Shown in pieces: positions 12,001-26,547 of a DNA stretch of 64,000 nt. This DNA comes from Tubulanus polymorphus. Taxonomy: Eukaryota > Animalia > Nemertea. The stretch lies in contig NC_134026.1 in NCBI RefSeq assembly GCF_964204645.1, positions 2,813,950-2,877,949 on the forward strand. Direction: 5' to 3'. The notes beneath the pieces are model-generated. The model saw nothing but the letters and a program-made list of their open reading frames with translations, did not search any database and was not told where the DNA came from. The translations under genes and the position numbers were made by a program. The number at the start of each line of letters is the position of its first letter. Within the stretch, counting starts at the first letter, position 1.

Positions 12001-12525
12001 ATTAGAGCGCTCAATGTAAACCATAAAATATGTGCCACCGACGAAAAAAGATGCGATTGCATTTGATTTGAAATCTCAGCGTTTGAAAAACTGAAGTGAT
12101 ATAGCAATACGTCATTGTGTTACAAAATATGTGTGCACGTTGCCGATGGAAGTTTTGAAAGATTCAACGTTTACGTTATCTTCATTCGTATGTCATCTGC
12201 CATAAGACCGTATATACGTTAATTACAGAGCAAATCTGATGATAAGATTACTGCGCACGGTTGGTCACATCACGGAGACCGTACTGTGATATAATCCGCA
12301 CGCAATCTTTCATATTTTCGAAATCGAGACGCGCAAAGCCATTAGTATCGGGAATTGGAGATCATTGTCGGAGACCACTGCAGCGTCAGATCGGTGTCCT
12401 CAGAAATACCGCCTCCGACGACTCGTATCTTACGTTCATTATATTTTCTATAGAAAAAAAAAGAGATAATCGATCGTACGATATTCAGATTCTGCTTTGA
12501 GACCGTTTTTGTTCAAATCGAAGAA

Positions 12526-15500
12526 ATGTCGGCAGCGATGTTGAATGGTACCGTAAAAAACGGTACATTGACTTCGGTTCAACCGACTAATAGTGACTAT
12601 TTATCGATAGATATTCCACCAGCGCTGACCATATCCGTCACGTTCATGTTTGTGTTCGTTTTAGTTTTCGGGATAATCGGGAATATTTTGGTGATATTCG
12701 TCGTCATGTTGAACAAGGACATGAGAAACTCGACGAATCTTTTTCTCGTTAATCTGACAGTGGCTGATTTACTGGTCCTGTTGGTGTGTACCCCGATAGC
12801 TCTTCAAGAGTTCTACAACAAAGACGTCTGGAATCTCGGAGAAGGAATGTGTAAGTATTGACCGAAGATACCATCGCGCTAACGTCACATTTCCAAAGAA
12901 TTACTAATCGATGATTTCGAAGATTCTTGATGATGTTATCGATTTCAAAGTGTCACTGCAAACTAATATATTTCAATATATCCAATGGGTTTAAGTTAAA
13001 ATACTTAAATGAAGAAAGAAACTACAAAGTATCATCTCAGCATTGCACTCATCTCAGCTTTTCAATATTTTATTTTTGCATGATTTGTTCAATTGATATA
13101 ATTGGCTGCTTGTTGGTTTGTTGTTGTCATTGTATTTACCAGTTTGTTTCCTAATAACACACCACTTCAACGCCGCAGGAAGTGCTACGAATTATGACCT
13201 TCCGTTCGTTCTCAGCAAATCACCCAGTACAGTCATAACCGCGCTCATTAATCGGATACATGAGATACCGTACTCGTAATTTCATCCCATTGTTAGAGTG
13301 AAACTATCTGGATATTTACTTGGAATCTCAATCTGAGCCGAGGGTTTACATACTTCAAGGTTGCATTTGAGACTATACTACCCCCTTATCAAATATTCAA
13401 TTTATCAACCAGCTGGTACACCACAACCGCGGGCCCTGATTGATGATCAGAATCGATATTAAGGTATACTTCAGACGATTTTTTTAACCGTCGAAATTCC
13501 ACATGCCATCCCACAATTTTTCATTTATCTAATTTCAAATTCCTGAGATGAAATGCTAAATTCTATTACCATAAACTCAGTAAACAAAATATTGAATGGC
13601 CTCCGTGTTATCGACGTAAGGAATAGACTAAAAGTCTCATCACGAATCAGGTAATTGTCAATTTGAAAATCTACCAGAAATCTGCACATTCGTTTTTGTA
13701 TGACTTCACAAACGAGTCAACGCAATGTCAAAATCTTACCATGTGTTGTATGTTTAGAGCTTTTATACGTCTTCATAGAAAAATATCATCTTTCCATTTA
13801 TTATCAAATTGGTGCGGCAGGAATAGTGGCGGGTCTTTTCACGAGTCGTGACGTCAGACGACGATGGAAGCTTCTCAACGGACTTGAAGCGATACCGCTG
13901 TTCTCCCATTAGCTTTATTATAACAAACGATTTTGTTATGTGCGTTGATGGGAATTGTTTCCACATGAAACTTGAAACTTGAAAAGTCATGCATCCTCTG
14001 GCATGGCGGATCCGTCGTTAGTCGCTCCTTAACGATTTGGTTGTGATTCCACATGTAAAAACTTCTTAACTTATCAATTTTCAACTCACATTTTTGTTAA
14101 CGAAAAACGAAATCTTCGAATGCCACATACTTAAGTATGCCACAATCATGGCTACGATTTAAGACAAGTCTTAGACCATCTTAGTTCTATAGCCACCCAA
14201 CAAGTTAAGACCACAGTCTTTAAATTTATGACCACTTTTACGACCGGAAGTCGCGACTGCGCAACTGAACCCATGTCCTTACAATAACAGAGTTGATCTA
14301 GTCGATCATGTTATAAGCATAACCTTTTTAGGACTTTTACTTTGGTATCTTTATAACTAGTAACAAGAGGAATTAAAATGTGAATCGATTCTACAAACTT
14401 TTGTGCGTGCGAATTTATCAGTAGAATCTACGGAAATCGTCCCCGGAACAAAAGGATACTTAGAAGGATAAATTTTCGGAGATGCTTCTTAAGGTAATTG
14501 CCAGGAGAGTGATTCTTTCTTTGATAGCATTTCTCTCGCAGTTACCTTAGTTAGCATGGCGATCCATGAATCGACGATAACTGACGAAGAACAACGAACG
14601 ACAAAGAAAGGATGGTTTATGGAACATTCCGAAAAGATGCCATATTCATTAACGAACCAGACTGACCCTTAATTGCAAACCTTTCTTATATATTCTACTG
14701 AGTTGGGAGACAAAAGAGTACTTGATATATTTTCGTTATGTAATATAATGAAGCTTCCGTCCATTAGCGAAATATCTTCGTTGACATCAAAACCTCAAGC
14801 TCTTAACAATATCAACAAAGATATTATGTTGCTAATGGATGCGTTTGCGGGACTAATTATATCTTAGATTTAAGTTGCCCCTTTTTACAAAAATGATTAC
14901 CTTTTCAATTCCTCGTTATCTGACAAATTTAGTTTGTGGCACGAAGTCTGTTTGATTCCCAACTAAAACTGACTTGCATAAAATGAATATTACTGGGTCC
15001 ATTTATTCCTCTCGTCTTGATATCTCAGCTTGAGAGCATATTTCGATAAAGGGCTGATTTCAATATAGTTTTAAAACATCATTAATTTTTTTTGGATGTA
15101 AACGGTAGTAGTTTTCAGTATTCCAATAAAAAGATGTTTGGATGATTTTGTCCTCGTCCTCCTACAGCGTACTTGCAAGTTTTTTCTCCACATACAATCT
15201 ACATGTTATTTGCAGAAATCTGAAGAGCGATAAAAGATTTATTTGCCGCGGTACAGTAATGACTCAAGACTCATGACATTTTGCGGTTGCGAATTAGCGC
15301 TTACAACATCGATAATGCTTTCCAAATAACTCTCATTTTAAGATAGTTACGGGTAATACTCAGATGTGATACATCAATTTCAAATGCATTTAGGTTCGAG
15401 AGGTGTCCATCGATTTGCATACCACTACTATTCTAAATAGCATTTCATAGGCGTCCAAAAATGGTCTCTCGATGTTCGGAAGCTTACATCGTGAACTCTT

Positions 15501-16469
15501 TTGGTGAATCAGAAAAAGTCTAAAAAATCTACATGTTTCAAAATTCAACGTCGTACATTCAATACCAATCCAATAGATGGTAATTATCTATTCTGTTTTT
15601 CAGGTAAATTGCTACCTTTCCTTGAGAATGCCGTTACACATGCATCAGTGTTGACGATTCTAGCCATTAGTATGGAACGCTACTACGCTATTTGTCACCC
15701 ACTACGGGCGCCCGCCCTTTGGACCAACCGCTGTTTGTCAAAGCTTCTCACAGTCGTCTGGTCAGTTGCCGTAATAAGCACGTTACCGTTTTTCTTCATG
15801 GCAGAACTAATGCATAAACGAGCCCTGGACGGAACGCCGATCCTAGTTTGTCAAACTCTGATCACCAAGCCGTGGCAACAGGTGTACATCACAGCCATTG
15901 CGGTTTGCTTCCTTTTAGTGCCGTTCGTCATAATGATTATTTTATACGGAATCGTTGGAAAAAAGTTACTCTATGACAAATGCGCTCTTGGTAATCAAAC
16001 CGACGACAAAGCCGTCTCAGCTCTACACAGCAGGCGGCAAATAGTTATCATGTTGATTTCGATTACTGTCATATTTTTCGTTTGTCTGTTGCCATTCCGC
16101 GTACTGTCATTGTATCTCATATACAATTCGATGGAGGCTTTTAAAAAGCTGGGCATTCCTACCGTAATCGCCATAGTTTATTTCTGTCGTCTGATGATCT
16201 ACATTAACAGCGCCATAAATCCGATCGTCTACAACGTCATATCGACGAAGTTCCGCAAAGCTTTCAAACAGATACTCACGCGTTATGTATGTTGCGAGTC
16301 GTGCACGTGGACCGAAATGGAAGAAACTCCCAGTCCGTTCGTGCGCGTCAACCCTGCATACCGCAGGTCAGTATCGCAAGCTATCGACGAGGATGCCGGA
16401 GAGGATGGGATCGAACCTGTAGCTTCGGATCGAGTCAGAATGATGGAAGAGCAGGGCGAAACACCTTAA
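12526..16469 (+). CDS. Rhodopsin-family neuropeptide GPCR, ecdysis-triggering-hormone-receptor (ETHR)-like / TRHR-GHSR clade, paralogue 1, ~396 aa
   Basis: Exons 12526-12850 and 15604-16469, with a phase-1 intron splitting the TM3 Cys (T/GT). Motifs: GN in TM1, DMRNSTNLFLVNLTVADLLVLLVCTP, W.LGEGMCK, HASVLTILAISMERYYAICHPL, FFVCLLPFRV, NSAINPIVYNVISTKFR. These closely resemble insect ETHR motifs as I recall them. Confidence 0.9.
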
Positions 16470-17581
16470 ATTACCGGTAATCACTCACTGTGAAAAAAAT
16501 AATATCTAACCGACGAATATGAAAGATCTCATCCTGACAGGTTGGAAAATGACGGAACTTTTCATGTGATCGTTTGATGAAGGTGATCTGAGTGACAACG
16601 ATCGCGTTTAAAACGATTCGCAACGTGCGCTAATTACTCTTGATTACAGAAACAGTAAAGTTTGAAAATCCAAGAGGTGATAAAAAGACATAATTCTCTT
16701 TTTTTTTACTACCACGATGTTTTTCTTTTTTATCTTCAGAAGCACTCGGAAGTAAATTCGTTGTGTATAATTTTCCTAAAAATAATTTGAAAAATACATA
16801 CAAATATTGAAATAATTCCTACACTGGTTTGTGTAATAAGCTGGCCCGCGTAGCACGTATAAAAAGCCTACCCGGAGGCTGTCCGCGATCAATTTTGTAT
16901 CATTATCAAAGAACTTCAGTGATATTTTTATTCGGTCGCAGTCGGTAATACATCAATTGCGTAAAAAATGTTTAATAAGATATTCACATACGCAAGGACG
17001 CAGAGGTGTGAGCTTAGGTTTAGCCGCCGGTAAAGAATTAATGAATTCTACGAAACGTGTCAACAATATGAGAAGGCGCGTGGCCTGAATGGAAGGGATT
17101 TCCGTATTCCGTGACTAGTATTGGATGCGAATTTTTATTATATAAACAGTAACACCGACTAGATATTGTTTCTAACCACAGTGAACGGTGTTCGAATCGA
17201 ATATGTTAAGTGCGCTATGTAGCTTATAGTTTTTGAAAAAGAATCAATATAAATTAACCATAAGACTAACATGCAAAATCATCTTAAATCTCACGAAGTT
17301 CTATTTTATTTTGATTGATTTCAGAAATGTATATAATACATTAAGTGTTTTTCTTACTGTTAATATAATCTCGTGTATATACGTAGATTGATATATCGTT
17401 GGGCTTCTTGTCACTCTTTTATTGTGTCTGTTAACGTGTTAAAGTCTATGTTTTTCAAAGTTTGATGAAATAAATATGGTTAACAGTTGACGTGTACATG
17501 ATTGTCACTTTCTGGCCTTGATACCAAAACAACCGATGAAACATTTCTGTAGTTCGTCGAACACATGAAGTTTAACATCTA

Positions 17582-18020
17582 AGGGGTCTGCATAAAGTAC
17601 GTACGCTTGACTTCCGGGTGTTTTCAACCCCTCCCCTCCCCATGTACGTTTTTTCATAACCCCCTTGTGTACATACTTATATGATTGCCTCCTCCCTGTA
17701 AAAGGGAATTTTTCAGGATCCATGGTTTAAAAAGGCAAAATTCACCAGTATTTATCAGAGCCCCGACAACGATTACGTATTGACGAAGTGAAAGACCGAG
17801 AGAGGGGAATTCCAAGGAAATCCCAACAAATATAGGGGATATTTGTAAAAATCACATTGTGTTTCGTGCACAAAGTACGTACTATAAACATTAACCCTCC
17901 CCTTGGAAAAGTATTTACGCTTTGAGCTTACCCCTCCCCTCCCCCTGTACGCTTTGGTACGGGTTTCTGAAACCCCAAACCCTCTCTCCTACGTGCGTAC
18001 GTACTTAATGCACGGCCCCT
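17582..18020. mobile_element. ~440-bp non-autonomous DNA transposon (PIF/Harbinger-like)
   Basis: TIRs AGGGGTCTGCATAAAGTACGTACGC / GCGTACGTACTTAATGCACGGCCCCT. Internal CCCCTCCCC tracts resemble the 2596 family. Confidence 0.7.
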
Positions 18021-21000
18021 GCACGATACTCTAAGCCGGCTGATAAAGCTTCAACGGGCAGTCTCCTGCAACGCCCCGATTCCTGTAGAGAAACAAGATA
18101 CACGAGTTTTACATGACATGAAACGGAACTGCGATAAGACGAAGATTCGTGGTAGTCCGCAGGAGTCGTTCAACACTCGATCTAGCTATACCTAAGTTTA
18201 CACCGCGGGTAGCAAAGATTGCTGTGTATAAAAAGCTGTAAGATATTGCATTGAAATCGCTTGAGAGAATTAAGAAAAGCGTTTTTTTATGCGTCAGCAG
18301 CCCGGTATACTTTAAACGTATATTTCTAAATTTTTCGATGGAACCTTATCGGCAAAAGCTACATAAATACAAGATGAAACATCGATATATCCCCACGAAA
18401 AACTACGTTTTGGGGGAAAACGAAAGGATGTGTTGATTTCCCTTGTGAGAACAAATGTTTTTGTGTTGTTTATTTACGGGTTCGGGTTGATAGTTTAACT
18501 GGCGTGTAAAATATGCGCCCTCACAGTCATACATATTGTCACCATACTTTCCAATGAGAAACAAAAATACATAAATCTTCAGTTAAGCTTTTACAAATAT
18601 TTGCATCGATATTCCCGTCACACTCTAGCCATCGACACGATTCTGGAAATAGATGAACAAACCATACAAGAAAAACGAGTATCTTGTACACGTCACATTT
18701 GAAGGTGAATGAATATAATCAGGGAAGTGTGATCTCATCACACTTCCCTGATATAATCAACGACCAACCCCAGTGTATGATAAAAGATAATTTTCTAGGT
18801 GTACAGGGATATTGGCGTTGGTCATCGGATCTATACATTATCAATTGTGACAAGTCTGTGCGGCAGAAAAAGGCAAATTATCTCGCGTCTGAAGCTGTAC
18901 GGATATTTTCCAGAAATCACATATCCAATTCAACAGTGATAATTGAGAATTCCGGTCATTTTACGATGTCTGAATGTCTGACGTTCACCTAGATTAGGTA
19001 GTATTCACATCTCGTCGATCGTCGGCTGTGACCAATCATGTCAGGTTAAAGCAGTTACGGGCGTCGCGTTAAGTTGTTTTATACGTCTGCCTAAGTGATA
19101 ATTCTTCAATGACCTTGACCTAGATCGGAAATATATCTCTTAATTCTCGGATAAACGGTCGGTAACTGCTGATTGCCTGGGTAACAAATAGTATTCTCAA
19201 TTACCGTGCGCGTTCTGTATTCGTGGATCGACTGTCAGACCTGTCTCGGCCGTACTGTGTATTTAACGCCAATTTACTGGGTAGGTCTACGTCACTAACT
19301 GTCTCGACCAGCCAAGGTGAACCTTGATTGATTTTGCCACTTCTTATACGTGCGTTTCCGGGTACGGTTTTACCTACAAATTCGCATACGCTTATGACTA
19401 AGTCTTTTACCTCGCTTTGTCGCTGCAATCACTCCTGGTTTCCAGTTTAATTAATTTCACGGTTTTGCATTTTCTGCCCGATTCACTCATATAAAGCACC
19501 AGCTTTACGTAGGATTCGCTTTTCCAGGTAAACCGACGATATAATTGTGGGTTATTGCGTTCAAATTGACGCCACTTTGAACCGGTGTATAGAATTAATT
19601 TCGTTGGCAGCCATGAATTTAAATCATCACACAGAGAAACGTAACTGCGGTGTGTTAATAATTTCAGCGTGTTTTGCCGCTTGCTTGCGACGGCTAATTT
19701 TCAGGATTTTCGTCTAAGGATGATATGAGATTTTTGTAAGTGCCTTATTGAGCTGTGAATTTGATTAGATTTCGCCATAACTCGTAAATCATATTAAACC
19801 TGATCAGGATTGTGTCTGATTCTATTTTCTGTGTAATTTGGTTACTTAGACATGGTTATTCCGTCGTCAAATCTTCTTTAAGATGTGATATATCTTTTGG
19901 CATGTAGTATTAAGCATTAATTAGAACCGAGCTCAAATTACATGATGACTATTTGGGCGCGACGAAATGCATTGGATATACAGACCTCCCATCTTTCTAT
20001 AAATCACTACCGATAACATAATTCACAATTTTCAGAATCAAATTCAATGTATTCATGAATTTCATATTGTTAGTACCACTTTCATCAAATCAAAAACTAT
20101 CATTTCCTTAAATCTCCTAAGTTGAGAATTTCGTTGCAGAAGTTTTTGCCGCATATCATATCTAAATCGAGAAATCCCAAATCTCAATTATGTGTGTCGT
20201 GTGTTTCGTGCAAATCTCCGATGCTTTTTGATCCGTCGTTAGTGTCTTTCTTTTTATTAAAACTCTGCTACAGGCGTTACTAAATGATGATATATCAAAG
20301 CGAGAGAATGAAGGCCATCGCAACATGAATTCCCTGGGTATCATTTTGTTTTATCTATACGCTGATGTGAGAAGCATATTTCCAGTCGTAAGGCAACAAC
20401 AGGATACGTGGCGGGCGGGGGGGGGGGGGGCTAGTGGCATGGCCTTCCACTTACTGAACCTACCAGGTGGATATATTGCCGGTTTTGGACGGTTCTCATA
20501 ATTTCTTCTATCATATCAATTCACCATTTCTTTGAAGTAATGCATTTCCTGTATCTCACACGCGATAGGGTAGCGTGGGCAACAATTAATTATTATACTC
20601 AGAGACTTAGTAAGCCTGAGAGTTGTTCATTACGTAAATTGCTTCTCGGAAGATGGATCAGACGAGGTGAACTTCACCTCGCTGAATTACGAGGCCATAA
20701 TCAACTGATTTAGGGCGACCTGCAATAGTAGTTCGAACGTACTTCACATTGGTATCATGTCCCTCTGGAAGGCGATACCTCACGTAGCCTTTTACGGCAG
20801 CGAGTGAAACATCATCGTAAATCTTAAAAAACGCGGTATCTGGGGTAAGTTATAAGTGAGATCAAGCCGTGGAAAGCGCAGATGCAAAAAGTACAGTGAA
20901 GTTCTATTTTTCGCTGTTTCTTCGTTAAATTGTAGTGCTTTTTCTATGCTAAAACTTTCTCTGCCAGTATTGGAAATTCAGAACTACAACTGTGAACGAG

Positions 21001-24000
21001 AAAGCTACTCAATCTCCGGAAATAAGTGGTCACTTACAACAAAAAATAATGCAGCAAAATCTTTTGATCGTAATTTCTCCATTAGATGGGAAGAGAAAGT
21101 GTAGAATAAAGGTACCGCGCCTATTCATAACGAGTAACAGATTAATCTTTGAAAAAAGTCGAAAACAGATGATCATTCGAGTTGCATGGAATTCCAAACA
21201 TGGAGCAAATAAGATGAAACGGCTTTAATCGTGCTCAAGTAGATTTAGGTATAAAGCCACTGACGCTAGTCAGAGGTAGAGATCTCCCCAATGTCGACGA
21301 CGTGTTGCGATCAATCTTGGCAACTGAAGAAGATTCATGACTTCATGACGGCGTAAATAGGTCATCACAATCTTTTTGGTCATGATAAACCATGACTGAT
21401 TTGGAATTAGATTTCAAATGCACCATTTGTGTTGATTTCTCTTGAAGACAAGTTTTCATTTTTTATGACGATAGAATTAAAGTTATATAACAGCGATATG
21501 AATACAGTGGCTGGGTGTGGATTTAAACACATACCATGAACCTCAAAAAGTGTTTATTGGCGGACTTCATTATGTATCACGGCGTCAGACATTTAACCTT
21601 TCATTTCAAACTTCGTGTAGTTCATTACCGTAATTTGTGTTAAGACCACCATCCGCTCGAACCCAGCAATTTATACACGAACCTCGCAAAATTGTAATTG
21701 ATGGTTTTCTACGTTAAAATGGTGTTCGACTTCGTTCAGTTGTTATTCACACGGTGCGCGTACTATGCATTACGTCTAATTTCATCTTCGAGATATATTC
21801 TCGTGTGGTAGATATATTCAATTCTGTTTTCAGCACGAAATTTCCAATGTCACTGGTATCGACGGCGAATTCAACGCAGTTTTCTCTAAATGTGATTGAA
21901 CCATGTCGAGAATTTTTAAACGAACTAACTACTCACACATGCACTTGCGTCTTCATGGTTGAACCGATTCCATAATCGGCAATCCCCAAGACCGAGCCAA
22001 GTCTATTTATACCGGTTTGAGCCATGATTGTTGGAGTTAAGTCCGTGCATGCTGGAACACGGTGTCATATTCAACTGTGTCACAAACCATTTCTCAATAA
22101 GATAATATCTACATTACCGAGTTGGTCGAGCAGATTGACACAGGTGGGATACAGTGTATTGTTCTGTGTAGAGTATCAATCAGAATACACTATACCTCTA
22201 CCAGAATTCATCATCTTCTAACCCGATAGAAGCTGCCGGTCGGGAGTTTTAAATCCGGATTTGCTTCTGAAACCGCAATGTGTACCATCGATCGATAGAG
22301 GATAAAACCATGCTGACTTCGTACTATCAAGAATTAGAAATCTATACAATCCTTTAATCAAAAATTGACCAATACGCAGCTTTGAAATTGCGAAAATTTC
22401 ATCGTTGATATAGGATTCAAATTGTTATTTCATGAGTATACATAAACAGAATTCTTTTCTAAGAATAGTTGACGAATTCAAAATGATCAATTACATTCAA
22501 ACGCTCGCTTTTCTTTGAAACGGAAAAAATACATTTGACGCAGGCGTTCATTTTGCGCATCACGCAAAATGATAAATCTTCGGATTAATGCGCCTGGAGA
22601 CACTCGTGTAGAATGTAAACGCGTACGTATCGTAAAACGAAGCATCAAACTGAGAAAGATTCGTACGAATAACTTTTCTTCAATAAAAAAAAAAAAATGA
22701 AAAATAGAAATACGTTCACGTGTATTCGTTCTTTTCACGTGTATTGATGGAAGAGTTCGGACATTAATGTTGTGTACATGCGAGGTGGACAAGCAAGGTT
22801 TCACGTTGGGGAATGATTTGAATTGATATTTATAGAATTTGTCGGTTTTCTTAATAATTTGGAAACTACAAAAATGGAATGAATACCCTGCGTAGCGGGT
22901 GTGTTCGTACATCACAATTAGGTTATGAACTCACAATCTGCTGCCGTTTAGGCTAGAAGTTCAGATAAGTGCGCGAATAATCAACTTTCAATCAAAGTTA
23001 TGGACTCCAAGGCATATTACCGTCTTTGATCATAGTCTTTTGATATACGTGATGACATATTCTCCAATATAACATATTCTTCAATTTCTGTCCTATTCAC
23101 ATCATGTATGCTGTCTTGTCCAGTTTAAACCCGAGTCTCAAATAGTGTCGTGATTAACATCGCTTTGGTAATTACACATACCAACGCGAAAAAAACGCAT
23201 GAAAAGTTTTTCTTTCAACCGATGTCTGTCAACTCGATCCGTGTAAAATCTATTTTTACGCATTAATCATATTCGGTAACGATAGATTAATTCTCAATTG
23301 TCACTGAGATTACAGAAAGTAAGAATGATATATGCCTAATGGTATCGCTTGGCCTTGTATAGATGAAAACTTGGAAACATTGACTTATGCTGTCTTCTCG
23401 ATTTATATCATTAATCAGAGGTTGAACAATTATTTATGAAAAGTGTTTTCTGTTAAATAATAACTCACGGAAAACCACAGAAAAAAAGTTAATCAAAACC
23501 ATTTCATCTGTAAGAAACACTTTTAATCAGAACACTGTGAGATGCTTTAGAAACAAAATATTAATGAAAAAATGTCACGATGTCTGCATCTGGCGAATGC
23601 ATTGCAAATTAAGAATATACAACCCTTAGTTTGAGATTTCTGTGAGATAGTCAACATACAGAACATCATGATGATCATCAATATGTCTCCACGGACGTTA
23701 CGTTACTTCCATGTTGCGGGGTACTATACAGATTTATGATTAAGGTTAAAGGTATCACCTATAAATATGTCATATTTATAATGATTTATCTGTTTTATCC
23801 CGGTGACGTTAAACTATTTCTTTCTGAAAACGAACCTTGTTAGAACAAACAAGATGTCACGTAGATGTCAAGGCCAAGATAATGTACATTGATATTTGAA
23901 GTGGTGTTCGGAATCATGTATTTCAATGATAACTGTATCAGCGATGTGCACCAGTTACAAATTCAGCGATTCAAAGTGACACGAAAGCTTTTTCTTTTAT

Positions 24001-25404
24001 TTCTGTTAGGCAACTTTTGTAATCATTTGGAGTACGGATTCTTTCAAGAAAGGTTCGACGTGCGAAGGGGAAAAATGAAAAAATAAAAAACATTTTCTTA
24101 TCAAAATTTTTTTACTTTGAAATGGAAGGAAGATATAAATCAAAAACATTTTTTTCTAAATATTTGAGCATCTTCCACAGAGTCCTTTAAAGGTCTACCG
24201 AAAAACTGATAAAGGAGAGAAAATAGTTTTGACTTGAATTCAAATCATGGAGAAACAAAGAAAGCTATTTTTGCAAATCACAATATCGAAAATAAGAACG
24301 GAAATATAAAAAGGTTTTTTTTCAAAGTAGAAACACGACGAAGGACCTAACAACTTATTTTTATATGATATCTTTGATGGAATTCAGGTTGGAGGATATG
24401 CACAGGTGGTATAAAGGCCTTAGTAGTAAATCTTTGATGATTTCAGGCTTAGCAACTATCTATTGATGTGTATTGATATTGATTAAGCATGCACGAGTTT
24501 TATCTATACGTTTTTCTGTGGTACGTACGTTTCTTGTAGTGTTTTCAAGGCATCGTAGCGACTGGCTATGTGGCGCTATGAATAAAATAAATAACCAGCT
24601 CTAAATCACTTCTATAAGAAGACAATGTGACAGAAACCGCCCGATGAGGCTAATCTACTGAAAACAGAATTCTGGCGTATCGGGAAATACTGTCGTGATT
24701 ATAAGCGTCGATACGTTGCATATGGACATAAAGCATTCATGGCTGAACATTTGTTTTTTATCTGCATGCTTTTGGGGGATGCACGCCTCAAAAAGAGAAG
24801 CTTTCAGCTAAAACTGCTTTGATAATAAGTCATTCTTCCGCGATATAAATCTTAGAAAAAAGCACGGAGAAAGCTGCTAAGATATCAGCCAACCACTTCA
24901 TTGGTTTTAGTGTTTTCAGTTTAATTTGAGAATTATCAATCAATAGCAAAAATCCACCAGAGATGAAAGTTCAGGAAAATCTCCTTATGCCATAACAATA
25001 TTAGGTCACACTCCAAAATATATAAAAAGTAATTAACTTAAAATCATCTTTAGACTCAACAGATTACAAACTTTTTGTCGTGTTATTCGGTTCAAAAACT
25101 AGACAATCTCCATGTTCGGCATTAGAACATTGTAAGCACGGCCAGGTTCTATCGTGTTTCGAAATACAAAATAAAACTTGCAGCGAGCTTCGATGTTTCT
25201 AAAATATAATCAGGATGTACGTTCCTTCATTATTCTGCTAGAAAAAAATCAAGAAAGATATATTGTCCGTATAAGAACGATTTCTGGAAATAGGCTAAAT
25301 AGACTTGGCAAATACTGCGGTTGATAGAGTTTAATAATACGTCTTTATCATTGGAGATTCGTGCTATGAATACACCGCTCATTGCACGGCGACCTTTTGA
25401 CCTG

Positions 25405-25750
25405 ACCCACCTGTGACAATACATGAAAGTGACCGCATGAGGGTTCGATCGCACTCTTTAAGCATCTCGCATTCCAAGTTCCAAATACATGTATTACCAC
25501 AGTATTAACATATTGACATACAGCCAAATTTCGAAACGACCAGCTGCTCAGATGAAAGTAAGTGGAATATGACCCACCTGTGACAATATATATATATATA
25601 TACATGAAAGTGACCGCATGAGGGTTCGATCGCGCTCTTTAAGCATCTCGCATTAAGTTCCAAATACATATATTACCACAGTATTAACATATTGACATAC
25701 AGCCAAATTTCGAAACGACCAGCTGCTCAGATGAAAGTAAGTGGAATATG
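25405..25750 (+). repeat. Recent tandem duplication of ~167 bp upstream of GPCR paralogue 2
   Basis: ACCCACCTGTGACAAT...GTAAGTGGAATATG at 25405-25571 and again at 25572-25750. The copies are nearly identical; copy 2 has a (TA)n expansion. Confidence 0.9.
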
Positions 25751-26547
25751 CAATTAATGGTACGAATACAATTGCGGATCGCTTAAGTTTCGATTTCAAC
25801 GCGAGTTGAATTTGACATTCGTCACACGGGACGAGATGAACTTATGTACACACGGTTTATACGCACACAAGTTTTTTCAGCAAAACGAAGCCGAAGGAAA
25901 TGTACATACTTAAGAGATATTGTTCTTTCTGTGTCTTTAAACCGGATCGCTAATGGAAAGTTGTTGCTGCGTCTTCTGAGGCGGTTTATTTTAGTTCGCT
26001 GGCTGCCAACACTGTCACAGTTCATTTAAACACTCGGTGCGCCAACGTGCATAGAAGCGATTCGGAGTTAAGGTATTGCCTTTTAACGGACAGATGATTG
26101 GAATATGAATACATACAATGCATATGCCATTTTGATAAGCGGATGTTTCGGCGGTCGGCAAGAACGTGTTATTTTACGGACATTGATAATATTTTTCCAT
26201 AATCTGAGAGGAACGGACTGAAGTGTTGCTATATTCTAGCGGCTCACGATTCGACGGTAAGACCTGTAGTTTCATTTCCGGATTTTAGCGACAACCAGTA
26301 AACACGATTGTTGCATGCTTGCTCGTAACTGTTGGTGATAACAATAATACACAGTATTGAGGAGTGATCTGACTGGAGAAAACAACAAATCGTCTATTAA
26401 ACAGATAATTTACGTAGAGGATTGGATACCGAACGATATAAAGGCTCAGAATTCCCACTCTCTCTTATAAGACTGCCATTAATCATGTGGTGAGCGATCT
26501 CATCATAACATCTTTTGATAGATTATCGTCAAAAGTAAACTGTCAAT

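Noticed and set aside
15501-15603. ORF-track N-termini of 15501..16469, 46476..47321 and 52582..53703 as real starts
   Set aside because: They are intronic read-through upstream of clear polypyrimidine-AG acceptors (15603, 46527, 52600).
20410-20430. G-run as a functional G-quadruplex
   Set aside because: A simple homopolymer with no supporting context; its length may be an assembly artefact.
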